This document shows, piece after piece, positions 11,166 through 21,744 of a DNA stretch of 64,000 nt. The translations under genes and the position numbers were made by a program. Positions within the stretch are counted from its first letter, which is position 1. Every line of letters starts with the position of its first letter. This stretch comes from Escherichia coli (GTDB lineage Bacteria > Pseudomonadota > Gammaproteobacteria > Enterobacterales > Enterobacteriaceae), in assembly GCF_050920415.1 (NCBI RefSeq), contig NZ_CP169309.1. The stretch is one strand, 5' to 3'. The notes beneath the pieces were generated by a model. The model was given only the letters and a program-made list of their open reading frames with translations, had not been told where the DNA came from and made no database searches.

Positions 11166-12701
11166 ATGGCTACATCAGTACAGACAGGTAAAGCTAAGCA
11201 GCTCACATTACTCGGATTTTTTGCCATAACGGCATCGATGGTAATGGCTGTTTATGAATACCCTACCTTCGCAACATCGGGCTTTTCATTAGTCTTCTTC
11301 CTGCTTTTAGGCGGGATTTTATGGTTTATTCCCGTGGGGCTTTGTGCTGCGGAAATGGCCACCGTCGACGGCTGGGAAGAAGGTGGTGTCTTCGCCTGGG
11401 TATCAAATACTCTGGGGCCGAGATGGGGGTTTGCAGCGATCTCATTTGGCTATCTGCAAATCGCCATCGGTTTTATTCCAATGCTCTATTTCGTGTTAGG
11501 GGCACTCTCCTACATCCTGAAATGGCCAGCGTTGAATGAAGACCCCATTACCAAAACTATTGCAGCACTCATCATTCTTTGGGCGCTGGCATTAACACAG
11601 TTTGGTGGCACGAAATACACGGCGCGAATTGCTAAAGTTGGCTTCTTCGCCGGTATCCTGTTACCTGCATTTATTTTGATCGCATTAGCAGCTATTTATC
11701 TGCACTCCGGTGCTCCCGTTGCTATCGAAATGGATGCGAAAACCTTCTTCCCTGACTTCTCTAAAGTCGGCACCCTGGTTGTGTTTGTTGCCTTCATTTT
11801 GAGTTATATGGGGGTAGAAGCTTCCGCAACCCACGTCAATGAAATGCGCAATCCCGGTCGCGATTATCCGCTGGCGATGTTACTGCTGATGGTGGCGGCA
11901 ATCTGCTTAAGCTCTGTTGGCGGCTTGTCTATTGCGATGGTTATTCCGGGTAATGAAATCAACCTCTCCGCAGGGGTAATGCAAACCTTTACCGTTCTGA
12001 TGTCACATGTGGCACCGGAAATTGAGTGGACGGTTCGCGTGATCTCCGCACTGCTGTTGCTGGGTGTTCTGGCGGAAATCGCTTCCTGGATTGTTGGCCC
12101 TTCTCGCGGGATGTATGTCACCGCGCAGAAAAACCTGCTGCCAGCGGCGTTCGCTAAAATGAACAAAAATGGCGTACCGGTAACGCTGGTTATTTCGCAG
12201 CTGGTGATTACTACTATCGCGTTGATCATCCTCACCAATACCGGTGGCGGTAACAATATGTCCTTCCTGATTGCCCTGGCGCTGACGGTGGTGATTTATC
12301 TGTGTGCTTATTTCATGCTGTTTATTGGCTACATTGTGTTAGTGCTTAAACATCCTGACTTAAAACGCACATTTAATATCCCTGGTGGTAAAGGGGTGAA
12401 ACTGGTCGTGGCAATTGTCGGTCTGCTGACTTCAATTATGGCGTTTATTGTTTCCTTCCTGCCGCCGGATAATATCCAGGGGGACTCTACCGATATGTAT
12501 GTCGAATTACTGGTCGTTAGTTTCCTGGTGGTACTTGCCCTGCCCTTCATTCTCTATGCTGTTCATGATCGTAAAGGCAAAGCGAATACCGGCGTATCTC
12601 TGGAACCAATCAACAGCCAGAACGCTCCGAAAGGTCACTTCTTCCTGCACCCGCGTGCACGTTCACCACACTATATTGTGATGAATGACAAGAAACACTA
12701 A
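11166..12701 (+). CDS. gadC: Glutamate:GABA antiporter
   Basis: 511-aa polytopic membrane protein directly downstream of gadB. Confidence 0.95.
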   Translation: MATSVQTGKAKQLTLLGFFAITASMVMAVYEYPTFATSGFSLVFFLLLGGILWFIPVGLCAAEMATVDGWEEGGVFAWVSNTLGPRWGFAAISFGYLQIAIGFIPMLYFVLGALSYILKWPALNEDPITKTIAALIILWALALTQFGGTKYTARIAKVGFFAGILLPAFILIALAAIYLHSGAPVAIEMDAKTFFPDFSKVGTLVVFVAFILSYMGVEASATHVNEMRNPGRDYPLAMLLLMVAAICLSSVGGLSIAMVIPGNEINLSAGVMQTFTVLMSHVAPEIEWTVRVISALLLLGVLAEIASWIVGPSRGMYVTAQKNLLPAAFAKMNKNGVPVTLVISQLVITTIALIILTNTGGGNNMSFLIALALTVVIYLCAYFMLFIGYIVLVLKHPDLKRTFNIPGGKGVKLVVAIVGLLTSIMAFIVSFLPPDNIQGDSTDMYVELLVVSFLVVLALPFILYAVHDRKGKANTGVSLEPINSQNAPKGHFFLHPRARSPHYIVMNDKKH

Positions 12702-12726
12702 CCATGTCTGAATGGTTATAAGACAA

Positions 12727-12756
12727 GGGAGCGATAATTCATCGCTCCCTTTTTCG
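12727..12756 (+). terminator. Rho-independent terminator after gadC
   Basis: Hairpin GGGAGCGAT-AATTC-ATCGCTCCC followed by TTTTT. Confidence 0.7.
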
Positions 12757-12831
12757 TGCTCGCTGTCGTATTGACTTAACCGGGATAAGTACGAGAATGA
12801 GCGCACATCTGTTTACCGGAAACCAGCATAT

Positions 12832-14151
12832 ATGGATATCTGCTCCCGAAACGAGAAATTAGCGATTAGAAGACCAGCGGTACTGGTTGCACTGGCACTT
12901 TTACTGTGTAGTTGCAAAAGCACGCCCCCAGAGTCAATGGTGACACCACCAACAGGTTCGAAGCCACCAGCTACGACGCAACAATCGTCACAACCGATGC
13001 GTGGCATCTGGCTGGCCACAGTGTCTCGCCTCGACTGGCCACCGGTTTCCTCGGTTAACATTAGTAACCCCACCAGCCGTGCACGTGTACAACAACAGGC
13101 GATGATCGACAAACTGGATCATCTGCAACGTCTCGGTATAAACACGGTCTTTTTCCAGGTCAAGCCGGACGGTACCGCACTATGGCCATCGAAAATTTTG
13201 CCGTGGTCCGATCTTATGACCGGTAAGATTGGCGAAAACCCGGGTTACGATCCGTTGCAATTTATGCTCGACGAAGCCCACAAGCGTGGGATGAAAGTAC
13301 ACGCCTGGTTTAACCCTTACCGCGTATCGGTTAATACAAAGCCTGGTACTATCAGGGAACTGAATAGCACCCTGTCTCAACAACCGGCCAGCGTCTATGT
13401 GCAACACCGCGACTGGATTAGAACGTCGGGTGATCGGTTTGTCCTCGACCCAGGCATCCCTGAGGTTCAGGACTGGATCACATCAATAGTCGCGGAAGTG
13501 GTTTCCCGCTATCCGGTAGATGGCGTGCAGTTTGACGACTATTTTTATACTGAGTCACCAGCTTCACGGCTAAATGATAACGAAACGTACCGCAAATACG
13601 GAGGCGCATTTGCGTCAAAAGCAGACTGGCGGCGCAACAATACTCAGCAGTTAATTGCGAAGGTATCGCACACCATTAAAAGCATTAAGCCGGAAGTCGA
13701 ATTTGGCGTTAGCCCGGCAGGCGTGTGGCGTAACCGATCACACGATCCGCTCGGTTCCGATACCCGAGGCGCGGCAGCCTATGACGAATCCTATGCTGAC
13801 ACCCGTCGATGGGTGGAACAAGGATTGCTGGATTACATTGCTCCCCAAATTTACTGGCCGTTCTCACGGAGTGCCGCACGTTATGACGTTTTGGCAAAAT
13901 GGTGGGCGGATGTCGTTAAACCGACCAGGACCCGCCTGTATATCGGTATCGCCTTCTATAAAGTGGGTGAACCTTCAAAGATAGAACCAGACTGGATGAT
14001 TAACGGTGGCGTACCGGAACTGAAAAAGCAGCTCGATCTTAACGATGCTGTACCAGAAATCAGCGGCACAATCTTGTTCCGTGAGGACTATCTGAACAAA
14101 CCTCAGACTCAACAAGCGGTCAGCTATTTGCAAAGTCGTTGGGGCAGTTAA
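12832..14151 (+). CDS. yddW: Putative lipoprotein, glycoside-hydrolase-like (DUF187 family)
   Basis: 439-aa ORF with signal peptide and Cys-containing lipobox-like segment (LLLCSC); synteny between gadC and dosC. Confidence 0.85.
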   Translation: MDICSRNEKLAIRRPAVLVALALLLCSCKSTPPESMVTPPTGSKPPATTQQSSQPMRGIWLATVSRLDWPPVSSVNISNPTSRARVQQQAMIDKLDHLQRLGINTVFFQVKPDGTALWPSKILPWSDLMTGKIGENPGYDPLQFMLDEAHKRGMKVHAWFNPYRVSVNTKPGTIRELNSTLSQQPASVYVQHRDWIRTSGDRFVLDPGIPEVQDWITSIVAEVVSRYPVDGVQFDDYFYTESPASRLNDNETYRKYGGAFASKADWRRNNTQQLIAKVSHTIKSIKPEVEFGVSPAGVWRNRSHDPLGSDTRGAAAYDESYADTRRWVEQGLLDYIAPQIYWPFSRSAARYDVLAKWWADVVKPTRTRLYIGIAFYKVGEPSKIEPDWMINGGVPELKKQLDLNDAVPEISGTILFREDYLNKPQTQQAVSYLQSRWGS

Positions 14152-14511
14152 ACTTGTAACATGGCCGGTGCTTTACCCACCGGCTTGCTACCCTCTTGAA
14201 ATATCCCACTAGTAATCATGCTTACTTAAGTCAAATTAACCACACAATTAAACACACTTAGTTAAATAGCCATAAATCCCCTAATAAAAATGTATGAACA
14301 TGAAAAAACATACGATATTGGCTGTCACCGAAAAATAATTACGATGGGCTATACTCTTCTGAAGAACAGTAGCGTAGATTGAAACTGTCCTAAGTCGCTT
14401 ATTTGTTTTCAGTATATCTTCATATTTCAGGAGAATATGGTGCAGTTAGTCGATCCCGCACGTTTCGTTTTTGATTCCGTCTGCTTTCCCAGCCTTATAA
14501 GGGTGTGAATT

Positions 14512-15915
14512 ATGGAGATGTATTTTAAAAGAATGAAAGATGAGTGGACCGGACTTGTCGAACAGGCAGATCCGCTCATTCGTGCCAAAGCCGCGGAAAT
14601 TGCCGTTGCGCATGCCCATTACCTGAGCATTGAGTTTTATCGGATTGTCCGTATTGACCCGCATGCCGAAGAATTCTTGAGTAATGAACAAGTTGAGCGG
14701 CAGCTGAAAAGTGCGATGGAACGCTGGATTATTAATGTGCTTTCTGCCCAGGTTGACGATGTTGAAAGGCTAATACAAATCCAGCATACCGTCGCAGAAG
14801 TGCATGCCCGCATCGGCATTCCAGTAGAAATTGTCGAGATGGGGTTTCGGGTGCTGAAAAAAATCCTCTATCCGGTGATTTTCTCTTCGGATTATTCTGC
14901 CGCAGAAAAACTTCAGGTCTACCATTTCTCGATTAACAGTATTGATATCGCGATGGAAGTCATGACCCGCGCGTTTACCTTTAGTGACAGTAGTGCCTCA
15001 AAAGAAGATGAAAACTATCGTATCTTCTCGTTACTGGAAAACGCCGAAGAAGAAAAAGAACGCCAAATAGCCTCAATCCTTTCATGGGAAATTGACATTA
15101 TCTATAAAGTTCTGCTGGATTCTGATTTAGGCAGTAGTTTGCCTTTAAGCCAGGCTGATTTTGGCCTGTGGTTTAACCATAAAGGTCGACATTATTTTAG
15201 CGGCATTGCCGAAGTGGGTCATATCTCCCGCCTGATTCAGGATTTCGACGGTATTTTTAATCAAACCATGCGTAATGCAAAAAATTTGAGCAACAAAACT
15301 CTGCGGGTGAGATTTTTATTACAGATAAGAAATACCGTATCGCAAATTATTACCTTGCTGCGTGAATTATTTGAAGAAGTATCTCGCCACGAAGTGGGTA
15401 TGGATGTACTGACAAAATTACTTAACCGCCGCTTCCTGCCGACCATCTTTAAACGCGAAATTGCCCATGCCAACCGGACCGGAACCCCCCTGTCAGTGCT
15501 GATTATTGACGTTGATAAATTCAAAGAGATCAACGATACGTGGGGCCATAACACCGGTGATGAAATTTTGCGTAAAGTTTCTCAGGCCTTTTACGACAAC
15601 GTCCGCAGTAGTGATTATGTTTTTCGTTACGGGGGAGATGAATTTATCATTGTCCTGACTGAAGCTTCTGAAAACGAAACGTTACGTACTGCAGAACGTA
15701 TTCGCAGTCGGGTGGAGAAAACCAAACTGAAAGCCGCAAACGGCGAAGATATTGCCCTCTCACTTTCCATCGGTGCCGCCATGTTTAATGGTCATCCTGA
15801 CTATGAGCGCCTCATTCAAATAGCCGATGAAGCTCTGTATACGCCAAAAGACGAGGTAGAAACCGTGTTGAACTCTGGAAAGCCAGTCTTTAGATGCGCC
15901 AGGATGCAGAGGTAA
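14512..15915 (+). CDS. dosC: Heme-containing diguanylate cyclase (globin-coupled sensor, GGDEF); 3' end apparently frameshifted
   Basis: GGDEF motif (RYGGDEFIIV) present; ORF is 467 aa whereas an alternative frame from about 15843 encodes the canonical GGDEF C-terminus AKRRGRNRVELWKASL and would give 460 aa. Confidence 0.85.
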   Translation: MEMYFKRMKDEWTGLVEQADPLIRAKAAEIAVAHAHYLSIEFYRIVRIDPHAEEFLSNEQVERQLKSAMERWIINVLSAQVDDVERLIQIQHTVAEVHARIGIPVEIVEMGFRVLKKILYPVIFSSDYSAAEKLQVYHFSINSIDIAMEVMTRAFTFSDSSASKEDENYRIFSLLENAEEEKERQIASILSWEIDIIYKVLLDSDLGSSLPLSQADFGLWFNHKGRHYFSGIAEVGHISRLIQDFDGIFNQTMRNAKNLSNKTLRVRFLLQIRNTVSQIITLLRELFEEVSRHEVGMDVLTKLLNRRFLPTIFKREIAHANRTGTPLSVLIIDVDKFKEINDTWGHNTGDEILRKVSQAFYDNVRSSDYVFRYGGDEFIIVLTEASENETLRTAERIRSRVEKTKLKAANGEDIALSLSIGAAMFNGHPDYERLIQIADEALYTPKDEVETVLNSGKPVFRCARMQR

Positions 15916-15917
15916 TC

Positions 15918-18317
15918 ATGAAGCTAACCGATGCGGATAATGCCGCCGATGGCATTTTTTTCCCCGCCCTTGAGCAAAATATGATGGGCGCGGTGTTAAT
16001 TAACGAAAATGATGAAGTGATGTTTTTCAACCCCGCCGCAGAGAAACTCTGGGGGTACAAACGCGAAGAAGTCATTGGCAAAAACATTGATATGCTGATT
16101 CCGCGAGATTTGCGTCCCGCGCATCCTGAATACATCCGTCACAACCGTGAAGGCGGTAAAGCGCGCGTCGAGGGGATGAGTCGGGAGCTGCAGCTGGAGA
16201 AAAAAGACGGCAGTAAAATCTGGACCCGTTTTGCGCTATCGAAAGTGAGCGCCGAGGGTAAAATTTATTACCTGGCGCTGGTACGGGATGCCAGCGTAGA
16301 AATGGCGCAAAAAGAACAGACCCGACAATTGATTATTGCTGTTGACCATCTCGACCGACCGGTGATTGTCCTCGATCCGGAACGCCATATTGTGCAGTGC
16401 AATCGCGCATTTACCGAAATGTTTGGTTACTGCATTAGCGAAGCCAGCGGTATGCAGCCCGATACACTCCTGAACATTCCAGAATTCCCTGCTGATAACC
16501 GCATTCGTTTACAACAGTTGCTATGGAAAACCGCCCGCGATCAGGACGAATTTCTGCTGTTGACGCGCACCGGTGAAAAAATCTGGATTAAAGCCTCTAT
16601 CAGCCCGGTCTATGATGTGCTCGCGCATCTGCAGAACCTGGTAATGACTTTCTCGGATATCACCGAAGAACGGCAAATCCGCCAGCTTGAAGGCAATATT
16701 CTCGCCGCCATGTGCAGCAGCCCGCCATTTCATGAAATGGGGGAAATCATTTGTCGTAACATCGAATCTGTTCTCAACGAATCGCATGTTTCGCTGTTCG
16801 CGCTGCGCAACGGGATGCCGATACACTGGGCGTCATCTTCGCACGGTACAGAAGTTCAAAATGCGCAAAGCTGGTCAGCGACCATTCGTCAGCGTGACGG
16901 CGCACCGGCGGGGATCCTGCAAATTAAAACCTCGTCAGGAGCAGAAACCAGCGCCTTTATCGAACGCGTGGCAGATATCAGCCAGCATATGGCCGCGCTG
17001 GCGCTGGAACAGGAAAAAAGCCGTCAGCATATTGAACAACTCATCCAATTTGATCCGATGACCGGTCTGCCAAATCGCAATAACCTGCACAATTACCTCG
17101 ATGACCTGGTCGACAAAGCCGTCTCTCCGGTGGTCTATCTCATCGGTGTTGACCATATTCAGGATGTGATTGATAGCCTTGGCTATGCGTGGGCCGATCA
17201 GGCATTGCTGGAAGTGGTCAATCGCTTTCGTGAAAAACTCAAACCGGATCAGTATCTCTGTCGTATCGAAGGTACGCAGTTTGTCCTCGTGAGCCTGGAA
17301 AACGACGTCAGCAACATTACCCAAATCGCCGATGAGCTACGGAATGTGGTCAGCAAGCCGATAATGATTGACGATAAACCATTCCCGCTCACCTTGAGCA
17401 TTGGCATCAGCTACGACGTGGGTAAAAACCGCGATTACCTGCTCTCCACTGCCCATAACGCGATGGATTATATTCGCAAGAATGGCGGTAACGGCTGGCA
17501 GTTCTTCAGCCCGGTGATGAACGAAATGGTGAAAGAACGATTGATATTAGGCGCAGCGCTGAAAGATGCGATTAGCAATAACCAACTGAAACTGGTTTAC
17601 CAACCGCAAATCTTCGCAGAAACGGGTGAACTGTATGGTATCGAAGCCCTTGCTCGCTGGCACGATCCTCTGCATGGTCATGTGCCCCCTTCACGGTTTA
17701 TTCCTCTCGCAGAAGAGATTGGCGAAATCGAAAATATTGGGCGCTGGGTCATCGCGGAAGCTTGCCGTCAGTTAGCAGAATGGCGTAGCCAGAATATTCA
17801 TATTCCAGCGTTATCCGTTAACTTGTCTGCGCTGCACTTCCGCAGTAATCAGCTTCCTAATCAGGTGTCTGATGCAATGCAAGTCTGGGGCATTGACGGC
17901 CACCAGCTAACGGTGGAAATCACCGAAAGCATGATGATGGAACACGATACCGAAATTTTTAAGCGCATCCAGATCCTGCGCGATATGGGCGTGGGTTTAT
18001 CGGTAGATGATTTTGGTACGGGTTTTTCCGGGTTATCCCGCTTAGTCAGTCTTCCGGTAACGGAAATCAAAATTGACAAAAGTTTTGTTGATCGTTGTCT
18101 GACTGAAAAACGCATCCTTGCCTTACTTGAAGCTATTACCAGCATTGGGCAAAGCCTCAATTTAACCGTCGTAGCGGAAGGCGTCGAAACCAAAGAGCAA
18201 TTTGAGATGCTACGCAAGATTCACTGTCGCGTTATTCAGGGATATTTCTTTTCCCGCCCCCTGCCCGCCGAAGAAATTCCAGGCTGGATGAGTAGCGTGT
18301 TACCGCAGAAAATCTGA
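15918..18317 (+). CDS. dosP: Heme-regulated c-di-GMP phosphodiesterase (PAS-GGDEF-EAL)
   Basis: 799-aa product starting MKLTDADNAADGIFF; EAL domain motifs at C-terminus; RBS GAGG before ATG 15918. Confidence 0.95.
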   Translation: MKLTDADNAADGIFFPALEQNMMGAVLINENDEVMFFNPAAEKLWGYKREEVIGKNIDMLIPRDLRPAHPEYIRHNREGGKARVEGMSRELQLEKKDGSKIWTRFALSKVSAEGKIYYLALVRDASVEMAQKEQTRQLIIAVDHLDRPVIVLDPERHIVQCNRAFTEMFGYCISEASGMQPDTLLNIPEFPADNRIRLQQLLWKTARDQDEFLLLTRTGEKIWIKASISPVYDVLAHLQNLVMTFSDITEERQIRQLEGNILAAMCSSPPFHEMGEIICRNIESVLNESHVSLFALRNGMPIHWASSSHGTEVQNAQSWSATIRQRDGAPAGILQIKTSSGAETSAFIERVADISQHMAALALEQEKSRQHIEQLIQFDPMTGLPNRNNLHNYLDDLVDKAVSPVVYLIGVDHIQDVIDSLGYAWADQALLEVVNRFREKLKPDQYLCRIEGTQFVLVSLENDVSNITQIADELRNVVSKPIMIDDKPFPLTLSIGISYDVGKNRDYLLSTAHNAMDYIRKNGGNGWQFFSPVMNEMVKERLILGAALKDAISNNQLKLVYQPQIFAETGELYGIEALARWHDPLHGHVPPSRFIPLAEEIGEIENIGRWVIAEACRQLAEWRSQNIHIPALSVNLSALHFRSNQLPNQVSDAMQVWGIDGHQLTVEITESMMMEHDTEIFKRIQILRDMGVGLSVDDFGTGFSGLSRLVSLPVTEIKIDKSFVDRCLTEKRILALLEAITSIGQSLNLTVVAEGVETKEQFEMLRKIHCRVIQGYFFSRPLPAEEIPGWMSSVLPQKI

Positions 18318-18330
18318 CAAATCCCTCTCG

Positions 18331-18348
18331 CCCGCACTCGCGGGTTTT
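18331..18348 (+). terminator. Weak hairpin with T-run after dosP
   Basis: CCCGC-ACTC-GCGGG followed by TTTT; short stem. Confidence 0.35.
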
Positions 18349-18514
18349 CATTTAACGTGACACTGTCACTTAAATACTGTGATTTCAGCTACGATTCCGG
18401 GAGATTCCTTCCTTAACTTCCCCTCTTGCACCAAAACTGCACTACGCTGCACAAATGTTGATCAAAAGTTAAAAAATATAACTTTAAGCCAGCATTCTGG
18501 CGCTTATCCCGGCA

Positions 18515-18531
18515 TGGCATGAGATCTGCAT
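18515..18531 (+). promoter_or_regulatory. Candidate sigma-54 (-24/-12) promoter upstream of ddpX
   Basis: TGGCAT-N5-CTGCAT with correct GG-N10-GC spacing, about 45 bp upstream of the ddpX ATG; the ddp operon is reported to be nitrogen (NtrC) regulated. Confidence 0.5.
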
Positions 18532-18574
18532 AAGCGGAAAGCGCAGCAATTTTTGTCTTATACAGGAACCGTTT

Positions 18575-19156
18575 ATGTCGGATACCACCGAACTGGTTGA
18601 TTTAGCCGTGATCTTCCCTGATCTGGAGATCGAATTGAAATACGCCTGCGCTGATAACATCACAGGTAAAGCTATTTATCAGCAAGCGCGTTGTCTGTTA
18701 CACAAGGATGCGATTACCGCGCTGGCGAAAAGTATCAGTATCGCCCAGCTGTCAGGCTTACAACTGGTGATTTACGATGCGTATCGCCCACAACAAGCAC
18801 AGGCGATGTTGTGGCAAACCTGCCCAGACCCGCAATATGTCGTTGATGTGGCGGTCGGTTCTAATCACAGCCGTGGCACCGCGATCGACCTGACGCTTCG
18901 TGATGAGCACGGGAACATCCTCGATATGGGCGCAGAGTTCGATGAAATGCACGAACGTTCCCATGCTTACCATCCTTCCGTCCCGCCCGCTGCTCAGCGC
19001 AATCGCCTGTTGCTGAATGCGATTATGACTGGCGGTGGCTTTGTCGGTATCCCGAGCGAATGGTGGCACTTCGAATTACCCCAGGCAGCGAGTTACCCGC
19101 TACTCGCTGATCAATTCACCTGTTTTATATCCCCTGGCACACAGCACGCCAGTTAA
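18575..19156 (+). CDS. ddpX: D-Ala-D-Ala dipeptidase (VanX homolog)
   Basis: 193-aa ORF, first gene of the ddp cluster. Confidence 0.95.
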   Translation: MSDTTELVDLAVIFPDLEIELKYACADNITGKAIYQQARCLLHKDAITALAKSISIAQLSGLQLVIYDAYRPQQAQAMLWQTCPDPQYVVDVAVGSNHSRGTAIDLTLRDEHGNILDMGAEFDEMHERSHAYHPSVPPAAQRNRLLLNAIMTGGGFVGIPSEWWHFELPQAASYPLLADQFTCFISPGTQHAS

Positions 19157-19169
19157 TCAGGAAACTGTT

Positions 19170-20720
19170 ATGAAGAGATCGATTTCGTTTCGTCCTACAT
19201 TGCTCGCGATCGTCCTTGCCACAACAATGCCGGTTGCGCACGCCGCCCTACCGAAAGATATGCTGGTGATCGGTAAAGCTGCCGACCCACAAACCCTCGA
19301 CCCGGCGGTAACAATTGATAATAACGACTGGACAGTGACCTACCCGTCTTATCAGCGACTGGTTCAGTACAAAACGGACGGTGATAAAGGCTCAACAGAC
19401 GTTGAAGGCGATCTGGCGAGTAGCTGGAAAGCGTCTGACGATCAAAAAGAGTGGACGTTCACCCTGAAGGACAATGCTAAATTTGCCGATGGCACACCCG
19501 TCACTGCCGAAGCAGTAAAACTCTCTTTTGAGCGGTTACTAAAAATCGGTCAGGGGCCAGCAGAAGCATTTCCCAAAGATTTAAAGATTGATGCTCCCGA
19601 CGAACATACGGTGAGGTTTACCCTTAGCCAGCCATTCGCACCGTTCCTCTACACGCTGGCGAATGACGGTGCATCCATTATCAATCCGGCGGTCTTAAAA
19701 GAACATGCGGCCGATGATGCCCGTGGTTTCCTCGCGCAAAATACCGCTGGCTCCGGACCGTTTATGCTGAAAAGCTGGCAAAAAGGTCAGCAATTAGTTC
19801 TGGTGCCAAATCCGCATTACCCCGGCAATAAACCGAACTTCAAACGGGTATCGGTAAAAATTATCGGTGAAAGTGCCTCCCGTCGCCTGCAGCTCTCCCG
19901 TGGCGACATTGACATTGCCGATGCGCTGCCGGTGGATCAACTCAACGCCCTGAAGCAGGAAAACAAAGTCAACGTGGCAGAGTATCCGTCACTGCGCGTC
20001 ACCTATCTGTATCTCAATAACAGCAAAGCGCCACTTAATCAGGCGGATCTGCGTCGGGCCATTTCCTGGTCTACCGATTATCAGGGTATGGTTAACGGCA
20101 TTCTGAGTGGTAACGGAAAACAAATGCGCGGCCCGATTCCGGAAGGCATGTGGGGATACGATGCGACGGCAATGCAATACAACCATGACGAAACGAAAGC
20201 CAAAGCCGAATGGGATAAAGTGACGAGCAAACCCACCAGCCTGACGTTTCTCTACTCCGATAACGACCCGAACTGGGAACCTATTGCTCTGGCAACACAA
20301 TCCAGCCTCAACAAGCTGGGCATCAATGTGAAGCTGGAAAAGCTGGCGAACGCCACCATGCGCGACAGAGTGGGTAAAGGTGATTACGACATCGCGATTG
20401 GCAACTGGAGTCCGGATTTTGCCGACCCGTATATGTTTATGAATTACTGGTTTGAGTCAGACAAAAAAGGTCTGCCGGGTAACCGCTCGTTCTATGAAAA
20501 CAGTGAGGTCGATAAGCTACTGCGCAATGCGCTAGCGACCACCGACCAGACGCAGCGTACCCGGGACTACCAGCAGGCACAGAAAATCGTCATTGATGAC
20601 GCTGCTTATGTGTATCTGTTCCAGAAAAACTACCAACTGGCGATGAACAAAGAGGTGAAAGGCTTTGTGTTCAATCCCATGCTGGAACAGGTCTTCAATA
20701 TCAATACCATGAGTAAATAA
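19170..20720 (+). CDS. ddpA: Periplasmic dipeptide-binding protein of ABC transporter
   Basis: 516-aa product from ATG 19170 (MKRSISFRPTLLAIVLATTMPVAHA signal peptide); the ORF track's 561-aa version is an upstream extension. Confidence 0.95.
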   Translation: MKRSISFRPTLLAIVLATTMPVAHAALPKDMLVIGKAADPQTLDPAVTIDNNDWTVTYPSYQRLVQYKTDGDKGSTDVEGDLASSWKASDDQKEWTFTLKDNAKFADGTPVTAEAVKLSFERLLKIGQGPAEAFPKDLKIDAPDEHTVRFTLSQPFAPFLYTLANDGASIINPAVLKEHAADDARGFLAQNTAGSGPFMLKSWQKGQQLVLVPNPHYPGNKPNFKRVSVKIIGESASRRLQLSRGDIDIADALPVDQLNALKQENKVNVAEYPSLRVTYLYLNNSKAPLNQADLRRAISWSTDYQGMVNGILSGNGKQMRGPIPEGMWGYDATAMQYNHDETKAKAEWDKVTSKPTSLTFLYSDNDPNWEPIALATQSSLNKLGINVKLEKLANATMRDRVGKGDYDIAIGNWSPDFADPYMFMNYWFESDKKGLPGNRSFYENSEVDKLLRNALATTDQTQRTRDYQQAQKIVIDDAAYVYLFQKNYQLAMNKEVKGFVFNPMLEQVFNINTMSK

Positions 20721-20721
20721 C

Positions 20722-21744
20722 GTGACCTTCTGGAGTATTTTACGCCAACGCTGCTGGGGGCTGGTGCTCGTGGTGGCGGGCGTCTGCGTGATTACGTTTA
20801 TTATCTCGCACCTGATCCCCGGCGACCCGGCGCGGTTACTGGCGGGTGACCGCGCCAGCGATGCTATCGTGGATAATATTCGCCAGCAACTGGGACTGGA
20901 CCAGCCACTGTACGTACAGTTTTACCGCTACGTCAGCGACCTGTTTCAGGGTGACCTGGGAACATCCATTCGTACCGGGCGTCCGGTGCTGGAAGAGTTG
21001 CGCATATTTTTCCCGGCGACGCTGGAACTGGCATTTTGCGCCCTGCTGCTGGCACTCCTGGTTGGTATCCCGCTGGGCATACTCTCTGCAGTCTGGCGAA
21101 ATCGCTGGCTGGATCATCTGGTGCGAATAATGGCCATTACCGGAATCTCCACGCCTGCGTTCTGGCTTGGGCTGGGCGTCATTGTGCTGTTTTATGGTCA
21201 TCTGCAAATTCTTCCCGGCGGCGGAAGGCTTGATGACTGGCTGGATCCACCAACGCACGTTACCGGCTTTTATCTGCTCGATGCGCTGCTTGAAGGCAAC
21301 GGTGAAGTCTTCTTCAATGCGCTACAACATCTCATCTTACCGGCATTAACGCTGGCGTTCGTTCACCTGGGGATTGTCGCTCGCCAGATCCGCTCAGCTA
21401 TGCTGGAACAATTGAGTGAAGACTACATTCGTACCGCCCGGGCCAGCGGCTTGCCCGGCTGGTATATCGTTTTATGTTATGCGCTACCCAATGCGTTGAT
21501 CCCCTCAATTACCGTATTGGGGCTGGCGCTGGGCGATTTGTTGTATGGCGCAGTGCTCACCGAAACCGTTTTTGCCTGGCCCGGAATGGGTGCATGGGTA
21601 GTAACATCAATACAGGCGCTCGACTTCCCGGCAGTGATGGGCTTTGCCGTCGTGGTTTCATTTGCTTATGTGCTGGTCAACCTGGTGGTGGATTTGCTCT
21701 ATTTGTGGATTGATCCGCGTATCGGACGTGGAGGTGATGAATGA
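20722..21744 (+). CDS. ddpB: Dipeptide ABC transporter permease
   Basis: 340-aa polytopic membrane protein; overlaps ddpC start (translational coupling). Confidence 0.95.
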   Translation: MTFWSILRQRCWGLVLVVAGVCVITFIISHLIPGDPARLLAGDRASDAIVDNIRQQLGLDQPLYVQFYRYVSDLFQGDLGTSIRTGRPVLEELRIFFPATLELAFCALLLALLVGIPLGILSAVWRNRWLDHLVRIMAITGISTPAFWLGLGVIVLFYGHLQILPGGGRLDDWLDPPTHVTGFYLLDALLEGNGEVFFNALQHLILPALTLAFVHLGIVARQIRSAMLEQLSEDYIRTARASGLPGWYIVLCYALPNALIPSITVLGLALGDLLYGAVLTETVFAWPGMGAWVVTSIQALDFPAVMGFAVVVSFAYVLVNLVVDLLYLWIDPRIGRGGDE

